Positions 1 through 29,710 of a stretch of DNA of 64,000 nucleotides are shown in pieces. Source of the DNA: Nymphaea colorata. Taxonomy: Eukaryota. The position numbers were made by a program, and so were the translations under genes. The notes beneath the pieces are model-generated. The model searched no databases and was not told the origin of the DNA. It was given only the letters and a program-made list of their open reading frames with translations. Each line of letters opens with the position of its first letter. The stretch's first letter is position 1. The stretch is from assembly GCF_008831285.2 (NCBI RefSeq), contig NC_045138.2, forward strand, positions 27,342,001-27,406,000, in the 5' to 3' direction.

Positions 1-550
1 CCACATTTGCATCAACACGTGATTGGTGGAATGTTCAAATCAAACACTCTCAAACTGTGTGGAAAAAATGCAAAAAAAGCTGGAGATCCAAACGTTTACA
101 TATAATTTAGATTTTTTTTTCATACTTCATATTATTTAGTTTATCTTTCTAAACAAATATATCTCCCTTAAATACTTTATTTAAATTGTTTTCTAAGTTT
201 GTCAACGATTAAAAGAAACAGATTAACAATAACAAAAACGTGCTCCACATCCCTAATAAATTATTATGAATATGAAAGGAATTTCAAGACAGATCCTACA
301 CTACAGGAGCTTCTGCTTGACTGAAATATGTTGCTTCTTCATAAAAAACAAATTTATCAATAAGAAACATACAGTAGCCCAGTTCAAGAAAAATAAGCTG
401 GTTCATGTTTTTGTGCAAAATACACTTATAGTTGTGTATGCAATGACACAAAAAAATGTGTTACTGTAAGTCCACGTTTTGAAGCATCACAGATGCAAGA
501 AATTTTGTCACTACGCAAAAAAGGGTGAAATCCATCACCATGCATATTAC

Positions 551-17986
<17,436 letters not shown>

Positions 17987-19949
17987 TGCCTCTAGTCCGT
18001 CCTCTCTCTCCATTCTCTCTCTTTCTCTGTGGGAAAGGGGGGGAGGGGAGGGGAGGCGAAACGAGTTAGAAATGGAAGTTGTGGGAAGTGACAAAGAGGC
18101 TGAAGGGGAATTTCGCGACTGGTAAGTGGTAACCTACGCATGCCCTTGCTCCTATAGAATGTTGACTCGGTTTTTATGACTCGGGTACAACCGATTCGAT
18201 TTGTCTTCTTGAGAACCGGGAATCGAATGGTTTGCTCGTTCAACTAGGCCTGCCATCATTGCCTAATGGTAACGGGGATCCGTATCGGATTCGGATCCAA
18301 CATAATTGTTACTCCATCCGATGGACCAAACATCGCTTAATTCCACTGGGAGTTGGATTCAAATCCTATTTAAAAAAAAAAAAAAATCTACATATGAACT
18401 TTTGCACGTAACCACAGTTGTAAGTGAAAAAGACTATTGTTTACCATGTATTTTCCTAAAAACCACACTATTTAAAGTTGATTTAAATTGAATACCAAAT
18501 TGCATTAAAAATATTGATGTCTTGGGAGTTATGAAAACAAAACTAAAAGTGTAATCAGTAGCGGAGCGAGCAGCGTTATTAAGTTTGTTTTGTGAACTGA
18601 ATATAAAGCCGTTTTTTATTAAAAAAATAGATATAAAAGATGTATATAGAGTAATTAAGAACAAAAAATCTTATAATAATTCAAAAACAGTCAGGAATTG
18701 ACACATGACACTCTTGAATAGGCATTAAAAACAAACCAGTTTGCCGCTAATCCTATTCGAATCGGCCAGTTCGGTCAATTTTAATAACGCTGTTCTTGAG
18801 GACACATATTCAATAATATCAAATAACCCGCCTCGCAGCTAGAAGGAAATCTTAATGTTTTTGCTAGATTAACTCAATTTAGATTTTAAGAAGGTTTTGA
18901 GATATTGATAATCTGGCTCTGTCTCTTTCACGGTTTTACATGTACAGAAATAGAGCGGGATTCAAACACACAGCTTGCATTGCTATGTTGGTCACCTTAT
19001 AAAATCGTTCCACATGCTTCTTGGAATGGTTGGCATCTCTTTCCTAAGTTTGCATCGAAACACATTGTGATAAGAGCAATTCCCTGGCTTCTTTTTCACC
19101 ATAAGATGGTTCTGTAACATAAAATTCCCATGATAACTCTTTCAGTTTATAAGACACAATGCAGCTAACGAAAGCTCCGTATATACCCGGTCAAGTGGGT
19201 AGACACTAAAATCAAGTTGAACGAGGCCAAGAGATTGATGGTCAAGGTACATCTCTTTAGCGGACCTGTCTAACCACAGATATGTAAGAGGGAAAAGTTA
19301 CTGAGAGGAAAAAAAAGCGAAGTTCATACAATCAAAGGGACCAACGATGGAAAGTTTTCAGTAGGTCCACTAAGAAAATTTACAATCTCGAAACCATGAT
19401 TCAAGAACGACAATAGAGCAATCTACATTGCAGAAAACATATTCCATCGATGCAAATATATTCACATTGTCCATCAAATGCTGCATGACCCATTTATACA
19501 AGCGCAGTATTCTGACGTAAAACTTTATCCAGACCAAGGTAATGAAAACAGAAAACTGCACCAGAGATGGTGCAGACCAGCAGAAAACAGGCATATGCAT
19601 TTACAAACAAAGTGACTTGTTAACAAGAAGAAAGAACCTAGATGCGAGAAACAAAAGATCAAAAGCTTCTCACTGACAAGCATATTCATTAACAAAATCT
19701 TGTGCTGCTTTACGTGAATCTCAATATTTGGTGGATAAGTTAATGCAACAGATAACCGGGATAACTAAATCACATCTATGTTTTCTATCACAAACAATGA
19801 GACAGACATTGTACCAAGGGTAACACAAGTAATTTGTAACAACATTGCTACACCGGCTAACATTATTCACACATTCCCTAGAAAGGATATAGTGAGACAT
19901 CTAATGGAACCAAAAATATATCTCCAGAAGCCATAGGAAATAAAGGTCA

Positions 19950-22900
19950 CTAGCAATCATATGGTTGGCGCTCTTTCTGGATTGAACGGAATATTCTTGC
20001 TGCAGACTCTGATGCAGATCTAGCATTGTGTGGCACGACTTTGATCACCTGGCTGTGATTATGCTGATTGCTATGTTCATGTTCCTGATTGGATTTCCCC
20101 TCCATTGCTGAAGTTAAAGGGAACAGATGCAACGAGTCCCTTCCTTTGGATGCATGACCTGCAGCTTCCTGATCCGTCTCACAGTGGTTGCTGGAAGTGC
20201 TTCCATTGAAGTCACTGCCTTTGGAGGCCTGGAAGGTCCAGATATGACAGGACAATGCATCAGCTTTCTGGTTGGACACATAGTAGGAGCCTCGGGGGTG
20301 CATGCTTTTATTGACATCTGCAGCAGAGAACTCAGCTTGACCACTAACTCGGCTTACAGATGGTGTACTAGCTTGTTCACCAGCATTGGGATTAGAAGCA
20401 ATCGGGTTAACAACATGAAGGCCCTGCGGAAAGTAGCTTGGGGCACTTGATAAAATGGCAACCCTACCTTGCTGATGGGATGGCAGTAATCCATAAGTTG
20501 GTTTAGCAATATCCCCACCGACAGCAGGAAGACTTAGGGGGCCACAGGCACCATAAAATGGAGCAAGGAAACCAGCAGTTGGGGAACATGGACTAGTGAT
20601 GGGCATGTAGATAAGTCCCTCGGAAGGAGACATAACAGGGACCAGCCATTGACTACCCAGAGGAGGAAAGCACCAAGCTGTGGTTCTACTATCAGTGGTG
20701 ATGTGACATTGGGAAGGGCTACCATCAGAGCATCCATGGCTTGGTTCTTGACCACCAGATCTTTTATTCATGATGTTATTGACAGACGAAGCAGGCTTCT
20801 CAGGATTATCAGATAAGCATTTGATAGTCTCGCTTGATATTGGTAATCCATCTTTCTGTTTATTGGTTGGCTCCAGCGGTACAGACTCATAGCTGGAACC
20901 AGGGAGAACTTTACCGGCTGCTATCTTTTCCAGAGGAGCTATCAGATCCTCACCAATCAGAAACTCAGGGCTCCCAGCTAAAAATTTCTGAACCTGTTAT
21001 AAGAAACAGTAGTTATCTTACGCAGCACTTTATTATAGAAAAAGGAGGACAAGGTAAAAAATTTAACCTTTATTAGCCTGTGTAATTCAAACACTTGAAC
21101 AGCAAACATCCGCTGTTGACTGGAACGTAAGGTAGAAACAGTATCAGCAAAAGAAAATTTCAACTAAAAGAATAAATCTACACGACTTAACCAAACACAG
21201 GCAATCAACTGCAACCCTAATTATGTTGTAAAAAGAATGGTGAACAGATCGACCTTGCAACTAACTAATTAAAATGACAATAACAATAAATAAGTACATA
21301 AAGTCTATGAACTACAGCCAAAAAATCCTAAAACAAATTTAACAGAACTAAGATAGAAATCAATTATTCTTACTTTAGATAAAAATCATAATTTTAACTA
21401 CAAAACCCTAAATATGAAACCTAAGAGTATAATACACGGCTAAGAGCAGAAAGTCATCCACAGACAAAATCTCATGAACCTTAAAATATCTAAGCATGAC
21501 AGCCTCAAACCAGAAAGAACAAAGTCTGCATCACAGATGGTTACAAAATTTGCAATGCATTATTTGTGATATTAAAATTTTATGTCAAGCAGAATAAAAC
21601 ACGATATCTTGATCTAGAATAGGATAAACAAATTGAAGCACAAGAAAATATGTAAAGCAAAAAGAAACTCATAAATGTATAGCATTAGCTTGTTTTATAA
21701 TCCAAAAACCTCCTTAAAGTTTTCTGATTTGCCATGTCCTTTCCCTGTAGCTACTTTTTTCCACATAAAGTGAAAATGGATTATCAACTAATGATGGACA
21801 GGAAAAAATCAGCATTAGAGAAGTTTAAGATGATAGTGATTCCTAATCATAACCATGTCACAAGCTACTTGCTATCATGCGATCAGCATAACATGCTCAA
21901 CCAAAGGTACTCACGACTGTAAGGTAGTTTGGTCACAAGCTGTTAAAGATGATTCAGCAAAGCTGCAAGAATGGACGAGGGTGTACATTTATTTTATCAT
22001 GACAATGATTTTGCCAACAATACATGACAAATAATTCATGCCCAGCTGCACATCAAGATCATTGTCCAACAACATGAGCTCCATGGCTCCATTCCACTTG
22101 GCTAGGCAGTTGGACTATCACTTAGAACTTCAAGTTGAAGAAGGTCAAAAAGTTCAATACTTAGGGTGTGTATCTCTGTTTAGTCAAATCTTCCACCAAA
22201 AAAGAACAAAACAGGAGAAAAAAGACTTATTTCAAACCAAACAAGGAGGAAAAAAAACGTTGCCTTGTATCCTGTTTTAGCTATGACACTTTCGTACACC
22301 ATCCACTATCAAAGAAATAACCATGACCCATCTCTTGCTGAGAGGTTTGGCCACAACTAACCTGGTTACAACTGAATTACAAGTTTTGCTCCACCACAAC
22401 CACACGTCATGATTTCTTCTTTATTTGACATTATCTTTTTCCACTCTTCAGTTCATTATGACAAGAGTGTACTTTTTGCAGCGTTTTGGCACCACAATGC
22501 TTAGATAATGACTATTTTTAGGCTAAATTATCCTCAGCTCTGCTATCCTTTTTTTCTTATTAACATGGCAGCAGCTTCGCATCTGCAAACTTTAAAGTCT
22601 CGTATGGGGACCCAAACACTTAATTATATCCTTAGGCATGTTAAGCTACTTCAAGTTTTGTGTTAATTACTTATCACCTTTTGGCAGTTTTCTTGCTTAT
22701 ATGTTTTAATTGGTACTACCACCTACATCTTCCGGGTTTCCTTCAATAGCATCTTTCATAATTGTCTATTAATGTCAAAATGACAGCAGGTTCCCTCAGC
22801 CTTTGGTTTTTTCCTTAAATCCATCACGTCTCTGTAACAACTTGTTTTCTTTCTCTTAATGAAATTCCAATCCTTGTGCTTACAGATGCAACGTGCATAT

Positions 22901-25530
22901 ATTAACATGCCCACTGTAACAGTGTCAATGGACTTGTGGTACCATTGCTGATGCGAGGTGCTGCTAAAATTGCCAGACACACCATATACCATACAATGCA
23001 TCTAGATTATGATTTTTCGGCATTTTTATGTTTCCTTAGGGCTCTCTCTCTCTCTCTCTCTCTGTCTACTCCGCAACTCCCCCAACACCCCACCACCCCT
23101 TCTGCTTTTCTTCCCTTACTCATCTAGTGGCTTCAATGTCCCATGCATTTCCCCTATGAAGAGTTGCAATAACTTTGTCCTATCTCCAAATTCAGAAACT
23201 TAGAATATGATGCAAATTAAACATCAAATTAATAAGGGAAGAAGTTCAGTACGCTACACATCCCACCAGACTGATTGTTTTCTGACCTGATTTACTCTGA
23301 TTTTTTTAAACATATTAGTCACTATAGAAGTGAAAAATTACTAACCGAAATGAACATGAGAATCAAAGGCTTCAGTTTTGGAAAAGAGGAAGAGGATTTT
23401 GCCGATCTGCTATTTCAGAGTAGGCAAGTATATTGATTTTGTGAAGCACATACATTCACATATCAACAAAATGCAGAAGTGAAAAACTAGTTATTTTGAT
23501 GTTTATGAAGATATATCAAGGAAAGGAAGTTGGTAATAAAAATTGGCAATGATCAACTTCACATTTGGGAACAAAAAACTAAAGACACTAAATCCTAAAG
23601 CACAGACAACTTCACAGGAGAGATGCCTGAAATTTAAAATGTAACCAAGATATCTATGTTTCGGCTCAACTCATAATTTTTAAGCATCACACATCTAGAA
23701 TGTCTGACAATGTGAAATCAAGCTATTCCAAGAAAAAGATAACGTCAGTTTCTCCGTATGCAGGAAAACTCTCAAATGGAACTGTATAGCAGGGCCAATT
23801 TAGGCAAGCAATTAGACAAAGCTTGGGTAGAAGATAGGCACTTACTTCAATATCGCCCTTCTGGCTTTCCAGAATTGCTTTGGACCAATGACACCTACAA
23901 CATCATCAGGAGATACTTCTAGGCTGGAACTCGAGCCCATCATGGATGTCTCAGACACATCATCAGCTCTGGTCCTATCATCTGGCAGCACATTTCTGTT
24001 TGATGTACTCTTAATAGGGTTTTCATTAGCCTTTTCAGCCAACTCTCTGGAGCTGAGTTTACTTCTTATTCTCAAAAAGACCTCCCTCTTCATCGCATCA
24101 GCATCTGTATTCCATCTATCCCTAGTTGAAACTTCACCATTGTGTCCGTTTTCATCTGATGATAATCCAGCAGTAGATTCTTGACGGATGAATGTTCTGA
24201 ACTTGCATACATTACTGACATCATTTAGGAAACAATTTATGAAGGCTTGACTTGGCATGCTCTTCATATGCCCAAGGTGTTCTGAATCCACTGGTTCTGT
24301 ATTCGGAGATGATCTAATCTTCTTCATGGGGCCAACTACTTGTATCATTCCACTTGTCTTTCCTTCAGCTAAACATTTTCCATGACCCACTCCTGATACA
24401 CAACTATGTCTTGATTTCGGATCGGCAACATTTGATTCTTTTACTAGTTGGCCTTCAGCAATGTTAAGCCGGGAGTAGCAACCACCAATTACATGCATTT
24501 TGGAAGTACTTGGTATATTAGAAGTACAATGGCCAGAAAAAGCAGGATTATTTAGAGTTACTTTCCCTTCATCCAGACGTGATTCAATTCCTCGGTTGGC
24601 ACATAAGACAGCACAATCATCTTTGCCTCTGAGTTTCCAGCCACCAGAATCGCCTGTTTTAGAGACCAGGGGAGGATGAAAAGCACATGTGGCTGCTTCT
24701 GGTAGCTGGCTAGTTATATTCGAAGCTTTAGAAATGATGTTCTTCGCAAGCTTTGATTCTCTACTACTAGATGCTACATTAGTATTTAACCCATTAGACG
24801 ACCAAGAATGCGCCTTGTCAGTCGAAAAAGCCGGAGTCCGCCGGACCGAAGGTGATGCAGAGATGCTTCGATCATGACCAGCCCCCTAAACAAAGAGTGA
24901 TCAGAAAAACGGTATACGTTATTTCAAACTTGTAACAGGGTGGAATTATAGTAAAGGCAGAGAAGCATCACAATTCTACAAAGTGCAGCGAGAAAGTAGA
25001 AAAGAAATTTCTACACCATAGAAGTAGCAATCAAGTAGTTCTAAGTTTCAAACCGTTTGGACTAAGATTCACAGCAAACTGAACTGTAAAAAATAAGAAT
25101 CAGAGTGCCAACAATGGCATCATGAATATTTCCCTCCAAATTCCGATGAACAAACACAAGTAACAGAGATGCCAACATGGGAATTTATAAAACCGATTTT
25201 CGCGAAGGACTAAAGAAAAGATCAGAACCGCATGTGAACACAAATCCAAAATGACAAACAAACAGGAGATTCACAAGCACCGACGTCGCTGGTGCTCACC
25301 TGGCTGGAGCCAGAGGGGGAGAGGCCGCCATCACTGCGAGACAGAACCGGCGCCGACGGACGTGAGGAACCGAACCTGTGGGAAGGGACGTTGAGCTGCT
25401 CGTAGAGCGCCATCTTGTTCCTGGGAGGAGCCCTCGGACCGCCGTTGTCGGCGTCATTGATGTGCAGGCGAGGAAAGAGAGGGTCCATCGATTTCTCACT
25501 ATCTCTCCCCACGTCCTTTCCGGCCTTCAT
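19950..25530 (-). CDS. ELF3: EARLY FLOWERING 3-like circadian evening-complex scaffold (~788 aa)
   Basis: Four exons 25300-25530, 23846-24885, 21068-21119, 19950-20993, phases consistent, with the long intron 2 and 52-bp exon 3 typical of ELF3. All four conserved blocks are present: [112 protein letters not shown]. Confidence 0.95.
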
Positions 25531-26608
25531 TCTCCTTCTCTCGCTTTCTGTGCCTGCTAACCGAGACTAACCGGTAACAGGGAACCGATCGCTCCCATGA
25601 CAGCACGAGAACCACAAGAGGGAGCATGCATGGGGAGAGAGAGGGGGAGGTAGAGAGAGAATGAGAGCGAGAGAGCAGAGGAGGGAAAAGAGCGACATCG
25701 TCGAGAGATAGATACGAAGGAGGTGGATGCGTGGGACGACGGGCCCTTGGCTGTGGGCCACGTCGCGCTAAAATTAAGTATCAGCATGTAACATGGGCCC
25801 CATGTTAACGGGAGAGAGAGAGAGATGAAGAAAGCGAGAGACTATCGGCTTCGTATTTTCATTGAAAGAAGAAAAAGAAAATGTCTTGTCACTGTTTAAG
25901 CAACTCCAGTATTTTCTAAAATCTTGCAATATTGTGATCTTGGTAACGAAAATATCATGCTTTTATCATTATATATATACTTATTCATTTATTCTAATTT
26001 TTGACTTGTAATACGTTGCTGCTTCTTTCCCAGCCACATAGATGAAGACATAGAGAGAGAAAGATATGTATGGAGTTGGTTGAATGCATGTGTTACAAAA
26101 GGGACAAGGCAAATCGTTAATTGAGAGAAAATAGGAGCATGAGCCAGGTAATTGCACAATAATAGGAACAGGAGCCCGGTTTTGTGCGGCTACTAATTAA
26201 TCAAATAAAGCAACCTAAAAAGTAAGTTTTAGATTTGGTCCCTTATAAATGATATTACGTCTAAGACAGTTATTTTCATGTCTTTTGTACAACAGGAATA
26301 AAATCTAAAACATGGTGCAACCAAATAAAACAGGGTGCAAGACATAGGATCATCAAGAATAAAGCGTTGTTCTTGGAATGCAAATCGTCCAGAATGACAG
26401 CACATTGCCAACTCTTTCTCATATCCAGAAATCTACTGCTCGTTTCAAACATGGAAAGTTTAACAGCCTAGATCTAGAAGGAGATTTTCTTAGAAAAATT
26501 GCTTTTCTTGGCATGTTTATCATGATCCGTGAAGTCAAGATAAATATCAGATCATTTCTGTATTGGATCAGGAGGTCATTCTTAGAGTAACAGAGAGAGA
26601 GAAGAGAT

Positions 26609-27206
26609 ATGGAGAAAGGAGTAGCGAAAGTGCTGTTGATGCTGCTAATAGCGTCACTAGCAGCTTGGGAAGGTGTGGATTCAAGGAAGACATCAGCAGC
26701 TTGGAAAGGTGTGGATTCGAGGAGGAGCGAGGCCGCAGATGAATATGAGTTGAAAAGACCTTCTGTGATGCCCAGCAGAGAGCCTGTCAAGATTATCAAG
26801 GTGATCCTGATCACTTGATCAAGCATCCACCGTTGATTGTACTCTTCAAATATATTTTTGATTTTATGCATTGCCATAATGTTAAAGTTTCTTTAATATG
26901 CAATGATCTAATTTGATTTCTTTGCTTCCGTAAGGAGTCGTTTGGTAGTAAGGACACTCTGTGTTAGAGCATGCTACCTTCATTGGCAGATTCATGAATA
27001 CTCAAAGAGCGTCCATGGTACCAAACAATCTCAGGAACACAGAGTTTCTTCTGTGTTCATGACTTTCCTTCGGCTAGATCAAACTAACTTTGGTTTTGGT
27101 GCAGACTCAGGAAGGTGATGTGATTGACTGCGTTCACATATATGCTCAACCGGCCTTTGATCATCCCTTGCTCAAGGATCATGTCATCAAGGTTTTTCTC
27201 ATTATC

Positions 27207-27237
<31 letters not shown>

Positions 27238-29710
27238 GATATTCAGATCATATATATTTTGTAAAGTTTCAAAAATCATTAGTACTAAGTTCTTAGGTTA
27301 TGAATGTTTAGTTTCCACAACCACAAATCACGATTTTTCTAGGAACACTTATTTTGAGATTATAATTTTTGTCCTAATGGTCAGACTTTGGCAAGAAACC
27401 AAGAAATATGTCTACGTAGATATGCATGCTTTTATCTATGCGTACGTCGTAATGGAAATGATTTGTGGTTAAACATTAAAATGCACGGGACCTACGAAAT
27501 CAGACAAGACCAAGAGGGATTGAGACGAAGCCACGGGTGGGGGGCCGTCCCCATTCTCATGGTGCAGATTTTAAAGAGGATGAGCAAGAGTGCCCTCAGG
27601 GGACCATCCCCATCCTTCGCCTCCCAAAGCGTCACGCCTTCAACCATACTTCTTACCCGAAAACTCTCACAGCACCTTCCAACTCCCAAGATTATCGGGA
27701 GGTACTCTCTCTCTCCCCCCCCCCCCTTATATATATATATATATATATATATTAGTGTTTTCTGAGAGAATTTGCTTTACACAGTTTGCGGTGGTGAGAG
27801 GAAATTATGTGCATGGGTATGGGCTTTTTGGTGTTTCCGGGTACCTCAACGTCTGGAACCCTCCAACCGAGATGAATGAGTATAGCGCCAGCAGGATAAT
27901 CGTCCTCAGCGGTACCTCAGACGGCCAGCTTTATGAAGATCATATCCTTGCAGGATGGATTGTGAGATCTCTCTCTCTTATATATATATATATAATTATA
28001 TATATATATATATAATTATATATATATATATATATATTATCATATCATTGAAATGCTTTATATATATATGGATTTAACTAAAATATGTGGCCTTTGTAAT
28101 TACAGGTATTCCCCTCCAGGTTTTCCGATACGCAGACTAGGTTTTACACCCATTGGCAGGTAACCATGCTCTGCTCTTACTTATACTGCTTTAATGCATT
28201 ATCAACTATATTGAATTGAAATCAAACATTGTATTTGGTTATGAAAGTATACAGATCAGTGTAGTCATGTTAAACTATAGTTGTGAATGCACAGAAAAAA
28301 GTTGCACCGTCGTTCCTATAAACGCTTAATTTGTAGTAAATTATCTGCCAAATAACATGGTTAGCAATAGCCAGAAATGTATCATATATAGGTTAATTCA
28401 ACGTGACATCTTTAATGACCAATATCTTGCTTCTAAAACTATGGTGTTTGCAAGTGTTGATGTTTTTATGCAGAAGTTAGAGGGAAGCTAAAAATTTCAA
28501 TACATGATTTAATTATTTCAAATTATGGCTCTAGGAAAATGTAATTAACAAGAGATATCGGATGAAATGATGGATCCAAAGCCGAAACTCAGATTGTTGA
28601 TCTCTCTTCTGACTGCCCAAAAACTTTACGAATGCACCAATTAATAGCTCCAGTTCTCATCATATAGATAATTAAGTTAAAAGTAAGAACTGTTCTATAC
28701 TGATACGACTTGGATTGCAATATGCATTAACTGGGAGGTTTAAATTGCCAGGGAAATGGTGCTGGTTGCTTCGACTTTGATTGCCCAGGGTTTATGCAAG
28801 TGAGTCCCAAGCATATCCTTGGAAAATTGCTCTCAGTCTCTACCTATCAAGGAGACCAAGCTCAGCTTCTGGTTCGTATCTTCAAGGTGAGTCCCGTTCT
28901 TTTTCTATATTGTTACAGTTTTAAAAGACAGGTAACGAATTCCGAAACTGGATTTGGTTACATAGAATCCAATCAAGTTGAACTTGTTTAAGACTTGATA
29001 TAGATCCAAAAATTTTGGGCTAAGGGGCACTATTTTAAAGTTTTCTTGCCTTAAGGGGCACCAATATATAAAAATTAATAAATAGTGGAGATAAACTTCA
29101 TAGAAATAAAGGAAAATATGATGGTCTGGTGTAAGCAACTGCCCGCACCTGCCCCCATGTAGCTCCTGAATCCGAAGCGTTTATGACAAAGATGGAGTGT
29201 TGGAGTATTTCTATCGATCCGGTCATGTCATATAGGGCCGAGTCAGGCATCAAATTACTTTGATTTGATTCGATTCGAATTATTGGTAGTTGCAGCGCGA
29301 TTGTTAACATGACAACTTTGAAATCAAAGCTTCTCTTTGTCAATTTTTTGCAGGCTCAGGAGGATGGAAATTGGTGGCTACAAGTTGAAGATACGATGAT
29401 AGGATACTGGCCGAGCTCACTGTTCCCTTACTTGAGCTGGTGGGCTAACAACACAGAGTGGGGAGGCGAGATCCTGAACACATGGCCGGGAGGATCTCGA
29501 TCCAAAACCCTGATGGGCAGTGGCCACCCTTGGATTGAAGAGTATGGACGGGCTGCCTATATATCAAGCATGAACTACGTTAATGGTGATAACCATCTCA
29601 AGGATCCAACCTTTGTTACCTCTTTCGTTACCAATGCCGACTATAATGAACTGGGCAATTATGAAGACAAGGATTCAATGGGCCATCACATATACTTTGG
29701 AGGCCCTTAA
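26609..29710 (+). CDS. Neprosin-family protein copy 1 (signal peptide + DUF4409 activation peptide + DUF239 neprosin domain, ~399 aa); first catalytic Glu absent
   Basis: Seven exons 26609-26800, 27105-27191, 27504-27701, 27785-27961, 28106-28159, 28752-28886, 29354-29710, all phase 0. Motifs GDVIDCVHIYAQPAFDHPLLK, CPQGTIPILR, LNVWNP, AGW, GCFDFDCPGF, GNWWL..IGYWPSSLF, EWGGEI, MGSGH, YFGGP. Confidence 0.93.
29000..29168. mobile_element. MITE of the same family as 31727-31902, in neprosin copy 1 intron 6; another fragment begins at 30721
   Basis: Shares GCAACTGCCCGCAC and the AAAAATT left subterminus with the 31727 element; 30721 starts CAGGGGCCGAGCC...GGGCAGTTGCCCACAC. Confidence 0.5.

Noticed and set aside
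21483..21491. Perfect evening element AAAATATCT in ELF3 intron 2
   Set aside because: An AT-rich 9-mer expected a few times by chance in 64 kb; another occurs at ~7715 in an IleRS intron. No supporting evidence.
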